36,670 bases of DNA, from IMG/VR virus record IMGVR_UViG_3300035018_000010, positions 1 through 36,670 of that record. The stretch is one strand, 5' to 3'. Positions 16,556 to 26,018 of the stretch are shown piece after piece (the stretch's first letter is position 1; each line of letters starts with the position of its first letter). Made by a program: the position numbers and the translations under genes. Below the pieces are notes generated by a model that saw nothing but the letters and a program-made list of their open reading frames with translations, was not told the DNA's origin and did no database searches. The DNA is from a virus. Taxonomy: Duplodnaviria > Caudoviricetes.

Positions 16556-17743
16556 TCAGGCGGCGAGGGCGACCAGCTCGGCGAAGTCGCCGAGATATTC
16601 GTCGGTGATCTCCTGTCGGAGCAGGAGGTTTTCGAGCGGCGGGACCGGCGTGTATTTGTACCGGATCAGCAGCTTGCCTGCCTTGAGGTTCTCGATCGGA
16701 TTGGCGTCGGCGTCGAACCACGCCTCCGCGCCCAGGATGCGCTGAGCGGAGCCGGGGCGGGCGAGCTTGCGAAACAGCTCATTGATCTGCTCGATGATGT
16801 CGCGCGCGAGGCCCGGCGTCAGCGGCTTGTCGATCGCCCAGATCATGCCGAGCGCGCAGGTGTCGGCGAGGATCTGTGCGGTACGGGTCGCGCTTTCGAA
16901 GACGAAATCCTTGCCGACGTCGCTCGCCGGATCCGCGCAGGTGCGGTTGCCCCAGAAGCGGAGCGACCCATTGATGGCGACGATGGTGGTGATCCCCGCC
17001 TCGTTGAGCTGGTTCGCCTCGGTATCGACCGACTGGAAGTCGAAACCGACATCCTCCGTCATCCCGACGACGCCCGCGACCGGGACGTTGGACAGCGTTT
17101 TGTGCCAGCCCTGCTCCTGATCGATGCGCGCGCGCAGGCCCATCGCGTGCGCGACCGAGGGACTGGCGACGATATCGGTGCCCGATTCCACAAGGAAGTC
17201 GGGGTAGAGCAGCATCAGCTCGCGATCCTCGAAGCTGTTGCGATAGGCGATACGTTCGGCGGTGTCCGCACCGTGGCAGCGGGCATAGGCGAACGCGCGC
17301 AGATCCCGCGCGACCGTGGCGAGTTCGTCGGCAACATCCTCGGTATCGAGGCCCGGTGCGCCGAGGATGCGGGGCTTGAGGCCGAGCTGCGCCTCCGCAC
17401 CGCGCAGCAGCTGGATCCCGGCGATGACATTGGCGTCGGTCGCTTCTTCCTCGGTCACCTCACCGGCGGCGACGCCGGGGGCGACGCGCACCATGACGAT
17501 CGGCGTGCGGACATGGGTCGCAATGGCGAGCAAAGCGGCCTTGAGCGTGCCGGTTGCGCCTGCCTTGGCAATCGCGTCGAGGATACCCGAAGGCGCGATC
17601 TTGACGCGGGTGTTGAGCGGGAAGGCCGCAGCGTCGGCGGCGGGGCCGGTCGCGACCAGGCCGATGACGCCGGTGGCGACGATCGCCAGCGAGCGCGCGG
17701 CGCTGGCGACCTCGGTGACGCTGATTCCGTGCTGAAACGTCAT
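16556..17743 (-). CDS. FI: Tail sheath protein
   Basis: FQHGISVTEV, FPLNT, KPRILGAPG, GWHKTLSNV, RFWGNRT, YTPVPPLENL. Confidence 0.96.
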   Translation of the reverse strand: MTFQHGISVTEVASAARSLAIVATGVIGLVATGPAADAAAFPLNTRVKIAPSGILDAIAKAGATGTLKAALLAIATHVRTPIVMVRVAPGVAAGEVTEEEATDANVIAGIQLLRGAEAQLGLKPRILGAPGLDTEDVADELATVARDLRAFAYARCHGADTAERIAYRNSFEDRELMLLYPDFLVESGTDIVASPSVAHAMGLRARIDQEQGWHKTLSNVPVAGVVGMTEDVGFDFQSVDTEANQLNEAGITTIVAINGSLRFWGNRTCADPASDVGKDFVFESATRTAQILADTCALGMIWAIDKPLTPGLARDIIEQINELFRKLARPGSAQRILGAEAWFDADANPIENLKAGKLLIRYKYTPVPPLENLLLRQEITDEYLGDFAELVALAA

Positions 17744-17752
17744 GGGTACCTC

Positions 17753-18121
17753 TCAGTTGGTAAGTGCGCTCTGGGCGCGGACGGGAAGGGTGAAGGTCAC
17801 TGGAGCGCGGCGGCCGTTGGGATCGAGCGCGTCGCCCGCGATCTCCAACACGAAGGCTCCGGGTTGATCGCCCGACGACAAGCCGACGCGAGTCAGGCGG
17901 ATGCGTCGCTCCCAGCGCGACAGAGCAAGGGCGGTCGCCGCGAAGATGCGGGTGCGAGTGAGCTGGTTCATCGGCTGATCGAGCAGCTCGACGACGAACG
18001 AGCCGTATTCGCGCAGGCAAATGCGGGTGCCTAGCGGCGTGCCGATGATGTCGCCGATCGACTGGCGCAAATGATCGAGGCCGGAGAGCGGCTTGCCGGT
18101 AAGGCGGTCCATGCCGTTCAT
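17753..18121 (-). CDS. W: Baseplate wedge protein W (gp25-like)
   Basis: MNGMDRLTG..DHLRQSIGDIIGTPLGTR..REYGS..RWERRI; ATGA start at 18121. Confidence 0.93.
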   Translation of the reverse strand: MNGMDRLTGKPLSGLDHLRQSIGDIIGTPLGTRICLREYGSFVVELLDQPMNQLTRTRIFAATALALSRWERRIRLTRVGLSSGDQPGAFVLEIAGDALDPNGRRAPVTFTLPVRAQSALTN

Positions 18122-18297
18122 GAGCGCCACCGGGTGAACAGGTTGTAGTAAAGCCACCAAGGCAACCAAGTGATCGAACTCCAGATGATGCGCTTCGGCG
18201 TGAAGGTTGCGGACCGATGCGGGATCTCCATCGCGAACCAGCGAAGGGCAGTTGCGAGCCAGACGAGCAGCGCGGCGAGAACCAGATACCCGATCAT
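18118..18297 (-). CDS. Small Trp-rich membrane protein (59 aa)
   Basis: MIGYLVLAALLVWLATALRWF..IIWSSITWLPWWLYY; ATGA overlaps at both ends. Confidence 0.65.
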   Translation of the reverse strand: MIGYLVLAALLVWLATALRWFAMEIPHRSATFTPKRIIWSSITWLPWWLYYNLFTRWRS

Positions 18298-18821
18298 CGT
18301 GCGCCTCCGTTCACCGGCATGCGCAGCGCGGCGAGGCACGCTTCAAGCGCCGCCCAGAAGCCAAGCGCATCGAGCACGGGGTTGAGGAAGTTGGTCAGCA
18401 CGCAATAGCGGCGCGTCTCATAGCGATGATGCTCGCCATGCTGGCGCGATGACTGGAGCAGACCGGTCTCCTGCAGCACGCGCACCCATGCGGGGGCGTG
18501 GCCATGCGCCCAATAGTGGACTTGATTCTGAATGACGCCGCCAATGGTCGCCGCCGCCCAGATTGGGGACGGCCCGAACATGCTGAGCCAGATCAGAGAG
18601 AGCGCTCCAGCGGCAAGCGCGGTGGTCAGGTTGCGGGCAAGGAAAGACGAGCGGGTGATCGCCGACGGGTTACGATGGTGCTCGCGGTTCGATTCGATCA
18701 CGAGGCGACCGATCAGTGGCCAGCGGCGCTCGGCCGCGCGATCCTCCCACCAATGGATGATGCCGCCGATGAAGTCGGCGATCAGCCATCCGAACAGCAG
18801 CTGGGCGATCAGCGCGCTCAT
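18294..18821 (-). CDS. CarF/TMEM189/FAD4-family His-box lipid desaturase (175 aa)
   Basis: ADFIGGIIHWWED, REHHRNP, QNQVHYWAH, QHGEHH, YCVLTNFLNPVLD..FW..LE: 8 family His present; ATGA start at 18821. Confidence 0.88.
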   Translation of the reverse strand: MSALIAQLLFGWLIADFIGGIIHWWEDRAAERRWPLIGRLVIESNREHHRNPSAITRSSFLARNLTTALAAGALSLIWLSMFGPSPIWAAATIGGVIQNQVHYWAHGHAPAWVRVLQETGLLQSSRQHGEHHRYETRRYCVLTNFLNPVLDALGFWAALEACLAALRMPVNGGAR

Positions 18822-18991
18822 ACGAAGAACTCGTCGATCATGACAAACTGAGCTGGCCGAACGGCCCTGATGCAAGTCTGAGGTTTGACGGTGGTCGCGC
18901 GACCGGGGCAGCGGAGGCGCTCCATCAACACACGACCGGTCATCACGTCGCGGACATGCTGATCGGCACCGAGGAAGTGGCGCGCGCTCAT
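18818..18991 (-). CDS. Hypothetical protein (57 aa; not in ORF track)
   Basis: MSARHFLGADQHVRDVMTGRVLMERLRCPGRATTVKPQTCIRAVRPAQFVMIDEFFV; ATGA overlap with V stop and with desaturase start. Confidence 0.5.
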   Translation of the reverse strand: MSARHFLGADQHVRDVMTGRVLMERLRCPGRATTVKPQTCIRAVRPAQFVMIDEFFV

Positions 18992-19551
18992 ACCGGCGTT
19001 CCGGTCTGCGCTGCGCCAGCCTGAACGCCGGTATGCTTGTGGGTCTTGAGACTGATCGCGGCCGCCTTGACGTCCGCATCGCTCGCGATTTCCCCGTCTG
19101 CGTGGATCTTGGCGTCGAACTGGGCGTCGCCGGTGACTTTCAGCTTCCCGTCGATCTCGACGTCGCAGATCAGCTTGGTGGTGCCGCCATCGGGGAGCTC
19201 GGCTTCGAGGCGATGTTCCTCGGGGTCGTAGGAAATCCGCGCGCCATCGGCGAAGATCATTACGACGGTGCGGCTGTCGCCGGGAGCGGGGTTGGCGTCG
19301 CTGGAAAGTCCGCGCAGCACGATGCCGGCACGCGTGTCGCCTTCGGGCGCAATGACAGCAACCTGCTCGCCCTCGCTCGGCGGCATCCAGATATGCGTTT
19401 CGCCCGCCGATCCGGCGAGCCAGGGGAGATCGCCGGTCTCTATGTCGCCGATCTGGACGCGGCAGGTGCCCGCCGAAAGATCGACAGACAACACGGTGCC
19501 CAGGCGGAACAGATCGCCAATGATGCGCTGAGGGTCGGCGGGGTCGCTCAT
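18988..19551 (-). CDS. V: Baseplate spike protein V
   Basis: RLGTVLSVD..CRVQIG..LPWL..AG..W.PPSEGEQV..PEGD, FADGARISYD, C-terminal HKH iron-binding motif. Confidence 0.95.
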   Translation of the reverse strand: MSDPADPQRIIGDLFRLGTVLSVDLSAGTCRVQIGDIETGDLPWLAGSAGETHIWMPPSEGEQVAVIAPEGDTRAGIVLRGLSSDANPAPGDSRTVVMIFADGARISYDPEEHRLEAELPDGGTTKLICDVEIDGKLKVTGDAQFDAKIHADGEIASDADVKAAAISLKTHKHTGVQAGAAQTGTPV

Positions 19552-19595
19552 GGCGACGTTATGGCGGCGGCCCCGGAAGCACGCGCGGGCGCGGT

Positions 19596-19618
19596 CTTGT
19601 AGAAAGGGTTACTACAAG
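19596..19618 (-). promoter_or_regulatory. Late promoter activator dyad upstream of V
   Basis: CTTGTAG-AAAGGGTTA-CTACAAG, 45 nt from V start codon. Confidence 0.8.
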
Positions 19619-19653
19619 GGGAGGGGGTGGCGGCGCAGGATTGACTGCTACGC

Positions 19654-19926
19654 CTATCCGCTCGCAGCTTGCCCAAACATCAGCGGCTCGGCATCGAAAT
19701 GCTGGCGCAGCTGCGCGGCGCGGAAATAGGCGAGCTGCTCGGCGGGGGTGGGGTCTTCAGGCGTGACCAGCGGCTCACCCGTGATCCATGCCTCGTGGGC
19801 GGCGTTGGCTTGCACGAGCGCGGTGTCGAGCACCTCACCCTCCAAGAAATCACCTTCACCGAAATAGGCGCGGGCGACGTCCTTCATGGCCTGGTCGAAC
19901 AGTTCGGGATGCTGGGGGCGTTCCAT
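19654..19926 (-). CDS. Hypothetical acidic protein (90 aa)
   Basis: Starts 2 nt after tailspike stop; GGAG upstream. Confidence 0.65.
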   Translation of the reverse strand: MERPQHPELFDQAMKDVARAYFGEGDFLEGEVLDTALVQANAAHEAWITGEPLVTPEDPTPAEQLAYFRAAQLRQHFDAEPLMFGQAASG

Positions 19927-19928
19927 TG

Positions 19929-22442
19929 TCAGATCTCCGGGAGTGCCGAGATGATTGCCGAGGCAAGCGGGCGGGCGAACAGCCAGTCATTGCCGCGCGT
20001 GCCGAGATGGAGGCCGGTCGCGACGTTGTTCTCGAAATAGAACCCGCTGGCGTGGAGGGCGGTATAGCCATAGCGCTCCTGCCAGCGCCGGAACGGGAAG
20101 AAGGGCAGGTCGCGACGCATCACCTCTTGGGTCAGGATACCGGCATAGAGCTGCTGCGTCGGCTCGGCGATGACGCCGGGTGCGCTCATCGGATCGGAGA
20201 CCGCCATGACATCACAGCCGCGTCCAACGGCGTAGTCGAGCTGAGTGGCGACGGCAGAGCGATACGTCGCCGCCGCGATTGCGCCGTTGGCGCTGTTGGT
20301 GTTGTCGGGCGCGACGATGATCAGCGCGGCGTCGATCACCGATAGCGCCAGCGGATAGCTGCTCTGCGGAACGAGGCCGCCGTTCGACATATCGACTGCG
20401 GTATAACCGCCGCGACCGACGTTCATGACGGGCATCCCCACGGGGTCAAAGACGCCCGCGATATCGACGATGTTGCCGCTGATCGTGAGGGTCCATGCCA
20501 GCGCACCTTCGGGCTTGGTGAAGGTCTTGACCGCGATACCCAGCGCGCCGTTGGTGTCGATGACGCTCGATCCGCCGCCATCGGGGGCGATGGGGCCTGC
20601 ACCGGCGGAGACGGTGAAGGATCCGCGACCTGCATCGGTATAGTAGATCACGCGCAGCTTGGTCGCGGATTCCGACCAGGTGACAGTGTGGGTCGAGCCC
20701 GCCGCGAGCCGCAGGCATTCGCCGCCGAGGCTCTTGCCGTAGAGCGCAGGGGCCGCGACCGTATAGGTCCAGCGACCATCATGACTGCTCGTGCCAGCCC
20801 CCCAGGACGTGCCGTTGCCGCCGAAGAACGCGCGGTCATGGGCGGGATAGCCCGCCGAAGCGAGTTCACGGGCGAGCTGCGCGGGCCAGCTGTTGGCGAA
20901 GCCGGTGACGCCGGCGGTATGGCTGGGGCCGGTGCAGATGATTGCCGCCGAGAGAATGGACCCGGCGATGAGCTGACTGACCTTCGCCCGCGCGACAGGA
21001 AGCGGATCGCTGATATTCCAATTCAGGAAGTCCGCAACGGTCGGGCGCTTCAATGGCGAGACCAGATCGAACAGCTCGATGTCGTCGCCGGCGGCGGTGA
21101 TGGTCGCGCGGTCGAGCCGCTTGATCAGCGAAATGCCACCGCCCAGCGATTGCTGGCCATAGACATTGCTGGTGATCGCCGCGCCGAGCCGCGCCGAGGT
21201 GATGTCGAGCAGCGAGGTAGCGAACTGAAAGGGGATGCGTGACCCGCCCATGAAGGCGATCTTGCCCGCGCGCCAGGTGAGGCCGACCTTCACCGTGCTT
21301 CGGAAGTCGCCCATGCCGATGCTCTGGGCCTGAAAGTTCGGGCCGTCGTAGAACTGCAGCGTGGTGTTGCCGGTCGCCTGAAGCAGGGCGACGTTGGTGT
21401 TGACGCCGAGGATGGTGTTGTTGGTCTTGTTGACCGGGATGGTCACCTCATAGATCGCGGTCCCCTCGTCAGCCTGAAGCGCGGCGAGGTGGTCGCCCGA
21501 CAGGACGTGGGTGTCAGTGTTGCGGGTGCCCACGTTCGGCATGAATGGCGTTGGGATGCTGGCGGTCGGGAAGAGCGGCGATTGCTCGACCTGCACTTCG
21601 GTCCCGGCATCGCTGCCCGCAAGGGTGAAGTCGATCGAGCCGCCGGTCGTCAGAGTAATCGTCTGCGGCCCATCTTCTGCGGTGATTGCGCCGAAACCGG
21701 TGCCGGTCGCGGTCCCGGCGACGCTGGTCAGCGTGCCGTTGCCGTGAATCTTCACGCACACCTTGCCCGCCACGAACGCCTTGGCGAGGGCAACCGCGCC
21801 GTCACCAGGGCCGGTCGGATCGGACACGAACTGCTCCGATTGCGGATAGGCGAGCAGGCCGAGCAGCGGGTGCTGGACAGGCAGATTAGCGCCGATCGTC
21901 GCATAGTCGCTGCGCAGATCGGTCACGAGCAGATCGGTCATTGCCTGGGCGCGCGTCGTGGCGATCCCGGCGGGGAAGGTGCCGAGCGCCATGTCGAGGA
22001 TGACGCCTTCCTTTTCGACCAGCTCGCCGGTCGGGCTGATCCCGGCCGACCAGCCATCGGCGGTGCGTGCGGGATAGGTCAGGTGCAGGTCGGTCGAGTA
22101 GCCACGGTCGCCGGTCTGCCCGCGATTATCAGGCGCGTGGCCGGTGAACAGCTGCAGCGCGGATCCAACGGGAACGCCCGCGACCGCGTCGGCGGCGGCG
22201 GCGGCGGACGTCGCGGCGGCGTCGGCGTGCCCCGAGGCGGTGCTGACCAGCGCGTTGATCGCAGTCGTTGCGGCATCGACCACCGCATTTAGGGCGGCGC
22301 TGGCAGCGGCGATCAGGCCGCTGACCGCAGCGGAGACAAGCGCCCCGATTCCGGTGCGCTTGGCGATGCCGCCCTTGAGGATGACTACGGTCTCGGTGCC
22401 ATCGGGCTCAGCGACCGGGTCTAGTGCGGAGATCTTCGCCAT
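19929..22442 (-). CDS. Tailspike / second receptor-binding protein with beta-sandwich and SGNH-hydrolase domains
   Basis: Ala-rich helical stalk, beta-rich middle, IICTGPSHTAG / NVGRGG / DNTNS / TGLHLG as SGNH blocks; TGATG-coupled to the Tfa-like gene. Confidence 0.72.
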   Translation of the reverse strand: MAKISALDPVAEPDGTETVVILKGGIAKRTGIGALVSAAVSGLIAAASAALNAVVDAATTAINALVSTASGHADAAATSAAAAADAVAGVPVGSALQLFTGHAPDNRGQTGDRGYSTDLHLTYPARTADGWSAGISPTGELVEKEGVILDMALGTFPAGIATTRAQAMTDLLVTDLRSDYATIGANLPVQHPLLGLLAYPQSEQFVSDPTGPGDGAVALAKAFVAGKVCVKIHGNGTLTSVAGTATGTGFGAITAEDGPQTITLTTGGSIDFTLAGSDAGTEVQVEQSPLFPTASIPTPFMPNVGTRNTDTHVLSGDHLAALQADEGTAIYEVTIPVNKTNNTILGVNTNVALLQATGNTTLQFYDGPNFQAQSIGMGDFRSTVKVGLTWRAGKIAFMGGSRIPFQFATSLLDITSARLGAAITSNVYGQQSLGGGISLIKRLDRATITAAGDDIELFDLVSPLKRPTVADFLNWNISDPLPVARAKVSQLIAGSILSAAIICTGPSHTAGVTGFANSWPAQLARELASAGYPAHDRAFFGGNGTSWGAGTSSHDGRWTYTVAAPALYGKSLGGECLRLAAGSTHTVTWSESATKLRVIYYTDAGRGSFTVSAGAGPIAPDGGGSSVIDTNGALGIAVKTFTKPEGALAWTLTISGNIVDIAGVFDPVGMPVMNVGRGGYTAVDMSNGGLVPQSSYPLALSVIDAALIIVAPDNTNSANGAIAAATYRSAVATQLDYAVGRGCDVMAVSDPMSAPGVIAEPTQQLYAGILTQEVMRRDLPFFPFRRWQERYGYTALHASGFYFENNVATGLHLGTRGNDWLFARPLASAIISALPEI

Positions 22443-22909
22443 CAGGAATTTTCCGGCCAGAGGGGATGCGAGGAAGGATCGAAGGCGGCGAGGTTCGACG
22501 CCGGAATCCGCGCGACGATCGCCTCGATCGCATTGGACGCGGCGCGGATCGCGTTGATGCGGGCGCGGCGATCGAGCGCGCCGCCGATATCGGTCGCTGC
22601 GCCGGCGAACGCCTCGATCGCGATTTCGGCATTGTCGTTGGCCTGGCGCTCCAGGCTGGCAACGGCGAGGATTCGGCGGCGCGCTTCGCCCTTGATCGCG
22701 GTGACCGCGCGGGCGCGCAGCTGCTCGAGGCCAAGCCGCACCGGCTTGATGACGGGTCGCCCCTTCGCGTCTGCAACGATCGGCTTGCCAGCGCTGCGCG
22801 CCGCGAGCAGCTCGGCATGTCGTGCCTTGGAAATCCGCACCGCGTCGGCGGGAAGGGTGGAGTGGATGGCGGGATCGTAGAAGCCGCCGGTGGATGCGCT
22901 GAAGAACAT
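22442..22909 (-). CDS. Tail fiber assembly chaperone-like protein
   Basis: MFFSASTGGFYDPAIH..LPADAVRIS...HAELL.A...GKPIVADAKGRP, typical of Tfa-like genes after fiber genes. Confidence 0.8.
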   Translation of the reverse strand: MFFSASTGGFYDPAIHSTLPADAVRISKARHAELLAARSAGKPIVADAKGRPVIKPVRLGLEQLRARAVTAIKGEARRRILAVASLERQANDNAEIAIEAFAGAATDIGGALDRRARINAIRAASNAIEAIVARIPASNLAAFDPSSHPLWPENS

Positions 22910-22920
22910 GCCGCTTTCCC

Positions 22921-24429
22921 TCAATAACCGAGCATGAAGGCGTCGAAGCCGTCGAGACGCTGGTCGGCGTCGGTGACGCGCTGCAGCTGGATCAGGGTGC
23001 CGTAGATCGTCGGCGCGACGAGCTGGGGCCACAGGTTGCGAGCACTCGACGGGGCCGCGAGATAGCCGGTCGCACCGCCGAACAGCGGCGCGGTCGGGAA
23101 GACGATGGGCCAGTCGATATAGACCGCGCTCTCGACCAGGATGAGGTTGCGATAGGTCACCCATTGCAGGATCGGGAGCCGCCCCTCCTCATCGGGGAAG
23201 GGGAGCGTCAGATAGCCGTTCGGGGTCAGGCTCTTGGGCAGGTTGGCGAGGGTCACCGGCGAAATCGCGCGGTTCGCGGCGCGCGCCGCCAGCTCGGCGA
23301 CGCTGGCGGCGATGACCGACAGGACCGGATTACCCGAAACCGGGCCGCCACCGGTGGCCAGCCCTCCACCCGTGACGGTCGCACCGCCCGACGCCTTGCC
23401 CGCCAATGCGGTTAGGATGTCAACTAGGCTGGCGGGGGTCAGCGCCTTGGTGTTGAGCGCGCCCAGAAGCGCCTCGGCGGGGCTGGCGATCGGAAGGTTA
23501 AAGCTGCGGTTGGCATCGAGCGCGCCGCCTTGGCCCGCGAGCAGCCCGCTGCCGGTGACCGTGCGCCCCGTCGGCACCGCGCCGACATCGGCGGGGGTGA
23601 GCACCACCGTGCCAACCTTGCCATTGACGCTCGACACCGGGGCGGGTGTCGAGATTTCCAGCCAGTTGGCCAGCACGGTCGCGGGCGCGGCCTGAAGGAC
23701 ATATACCAGGCCGTTGTCAGTCCGCACCGCGAAGTCGCCCACTGTCGCGGCGAGGGCAAGCATCGCGGCTTCGTCGATGGCGGGAAACACGTCGATCAGG
23801 TCGATCGGGGGGCGTTGCGACAGGAGCAGCTTCCCATCGGGGCCGAGCGTGGCGACACCATTGGCGATGCCGAGCTGATCCGCCGCGACATAGTTGGCGA
23901 GGACGGCAGCCATCGTCGCGGGCGTGATGATCTTGTCCGCGACAGCGCCGGCCAGCGCCTCGGCGATCGTCGCGAGATAGGCGACACCTTTTTCGTTCTC
24001 GGTCGCGGGCGGGTTGAGGAAGTTGGTGTCGCCGAACTCGATCAGCGCGGCCTCCCCGTCGATGAACTTGAGGTCGATCGCGGTGAGGAAGTGCGAGGCA
24101 GGGAATTTGCCGAGAAACGGATCGGCCTGAGAATAGGAAGCGAACAGCGTCCCGTCCTCAAGGTAGAGGGCAAGGCCGCGCGCGAGATATTCGTCGTCGC
24201 TCGAATCGCGAACGATCATGTGAATCGTATCGGCATCGACCGCGATGCCGGAGATGGTGTCGATCCGCTTGATTTCACCGGGCAGGGCCGTGAGCGTCGG
24301 TGCGGCGATGAAGACCGACGCCGTCACGCCGACTTCCGCGATGACGACGGCAGCGGTTCCCCCGCCCTCGGCATCGACCAGAGCCGCGCGCCCCGCGTCG
24401 GAAATCACAATCGGAAGTGGTGCGGTCAT
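22921..24429 (-). CDS. H: Tail fiber protein H
   Basis: N-terminal ISDAGRAAL..ALYLEDGTLFA baseplate anchor; repeated ATxAEA..K..TP units; C-terminal NGYLTLP..ILQW..WPIVFP domain. Confidence 0.88.
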   Translation of the reverse strand: MTAPLPIVISDAGRAALVDAEGGGTAAVVIAEVGVTASVFIAAPTLTALPGEIKRIDTISGIAVDADTIHMIVRDSSDDEYLARGLALYLEDGTLFASYSQADPFLGKFPASHFLTAIDLKFIDGEAALIEFGDTNFLNPPATENEKGVAYLATIAEALAGAVADKIITPATMAAVLANYVAADQLGIANGVATLGPDGKLLLSQRPPIDLIDVFPAIDEAAMLALAATVGDFAVRTDNGLVYVLQAAPATVLANWLEISTPAPVSSVNGKVGTVVLTPADVGAVPTGRTVTGSGLLAGQGGALDANRSFNLPIASPAEALLGALNTKALTPASLVDILTALAGKASGGATVTGGGLATGGGPVSGNPVLSVIAASVAELAARAANRAISPVTLANLPKSLTPNGYLTLPFPDEEGRLPILQWVTYRNLILVESAVYIDWPIVFPTAPLFGGATGYLAAPSSARNLWPQLVAPTIYGTLIQLQRVTDADQRLDGFDAFMLGY

Positions 24430-25091
24430 GGGGCGGTCCCGTCGATGAAGTTGCCGAAATCGTCGCGGAGCGGCTCGCCATTCTCGTCCTGAAGCAGGTC
24501 GCCCCATGGCGTGTCGGGGTCGAACCCGGCGGGGGACGCGGCGGCGGCACCGTCGAGACGGCGATAGGCCGCGCCTTGGGCGGCACCGATCGGCGCGGGT
24601 AACCCGATCAGCTCAAGCTGCTGCACCAACGCGAAATGGGCGCGCACCGGCTTCGCACGGGTGACATCGGCGATGATCTGGCGGGCGAATTCTGCCGAGA
24701 CGCGCGTGCCGCCGGCGACGCCCTCGGCATCGATCAACGGTAGCCTCACTTCGAAAGTGTAGGGATCGAGCTGGGGCGAGGCTTCGAACCATTCGACAAG
24801 ATGCAGAAGGTCGTCGAGCGACTGCAGCGCCTGCTCGACCGCGAGGCGGCTACCCTTGATCCGCTGCGCGGCGATAGCGCCTGCGACCGCCTCGCGCTTT
24901 TCCGCATCGCTCCAGTCGGCGTCCCAGCGATCGACCGAGAGCGTCCAGGCAAGCCAGGGCAGGCTGGCGATCGGACAGGTGGCGGGGTTCCACAGGGTGG
25001 CGACATCGACCGGGATATCGCCCAGCCGCGCGGCTGCCTGCGCAAAGGCCCGCTCAAGCGGGGTGCTGGCAGGAGGCAGAAGATCAGTCAT
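24426..25091 (-). CDS. I: Baseplate/tail protein I
   Basis: LLPPASTPLERA, LWNPATCP..LPWLAWTLSVDRWD..W, EWFE. Confidence 0.94.
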   Translation of the reverse strand: MTDLLPPASTPLERAFAQAAARLGDIPVDVATLWNPATCPIASLPWLAWTLSVDRWDADWSDAEKREAVAGAIAAQRIKGSRLAVEQALQSLDDLLHLVEWFEASPQLDPYTFEVRLPLIDAEGVAGGTRVSAEFARQIIADVTRAKPVRAHFALVQQLELIGLPAPIGAAQGAAYRRLDGAAAASPAGFDPDTPWGDLLQDENGEPLRDDFGNFIDGTAP

Positions 25092-25974
25092 CGGCCACCA
25101 TCACGTCGGTGCCGGTGCAGTGGGCGAGCTGCGTTCCGTCGGGCATGATGTCGGCGGCGGGCTGCGCGAGCGTGACATTGAGCACGCCTTCGACATGAAG
25201 CGCGGCGATGATGCCCGACCGGGTCACAGGGCGACCGATCTTGCGCGCGTCGGCGAGGTAGGCGGCCAGACGCTGCTCGGCTGCCGCAAGCACCACGACG
25301 GCATCGGGGCCGTGAAACAGGGTCAGCGTGGCGAGGACAGTGAAGGTGAGCAGTTCGACCGACGCGACGGTGACCATGTCGGTGAGGGGGCGCACTTCTC
25401 GCGACGTGACGACAGCCTCGACCGCCGCGATCTGGTCAGGCGTGGCGGTGCCATCGCCGAGCCGCGACAGGATTGTGATCAGCACCTCGCCGGGCGCGGG
25501 ACTGGTTGCCAGCGCGTCGGCGATCGTCGCGTCGGCCGACAGCGCGTGAAAGCGATAGGCGGTCGCGGGACCGGCGACGCTGAAGCTCTCGGGTGCGAGC
25601 TGGATGCGGCGGCGCAGATCCGCGTCGCTTTCATAGATGGCGGTGTCTGAGCCGCTCGCTTCCTCGATGATCAGCCGTTCGACGTTGACCAACGCGCCCA
25701 GATTGTCGAGATCCGCGCCCGTCGCGTAAGCGAGCATGGTTTGCAGGGCGCGTTCGTTGAACTGCTGCCCCTTCAGCATGACGTAATAGGCGATCAATTC
25801 GAGCAGCTTCACCCCCGGATCGGAGGGGATCGTGGCGTCGAATTCGGGCAGGACAGTCTGGAAGAACGCGACCAGGTCGGCCCGCTCCTGCTCATAGGAC
25901 AGCGGCGCAAGGAAGCTGGGCGCGGGAAGGCGCGACAGATCGATTGCGGTCGAGCTGGATGCGGTGTCGGACAC
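25084..25974 (-). CDS. J: Baseplate protein J
   Basis: IDLSRLPAP, LAYATGADLDNLGA, ESDADLRRR, SVAGP..AY, VRPLTD. Confidence 0.95.
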   Translation of the reverse strand: MSDTASSSTAIDLSRLPAPSFLAPLSYEQERADLVAFFQTVLPEFDATIPSDPGVKLLELIAYYVMLKGQQFNERALQTMLAYATGADLDNLGALVNVERLIIEEASGSDTAIYESDADLRRRIQLAPESFSVAGPATAYRFHALSADATIADALATSPAPGEVLITILSRLGDGTATPDQIAAVEAVVTSREVRPLTDMVTVASVELLTFTVLATLTLFHGPDAVVVLAAAEQRLAAYLADARKIGRPVTRSGIIAALHVEGVLNVTLAQPAADIMPDGTQLAHCTGTDVMVADD

Positions 25975-26018
25975 ACCGCCATGTCGGCGGGTTGGGTGGA
26001 GCTATGCGACCCCGCGCT

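Noticed and set aside
18822-19079. N-terminal extension of the desaturase in the ORF track (261 aa)
   Set aside because: Overlaps V out of frame; ATGA coupling supports a start at 18821 and a separate 57-aa ORF
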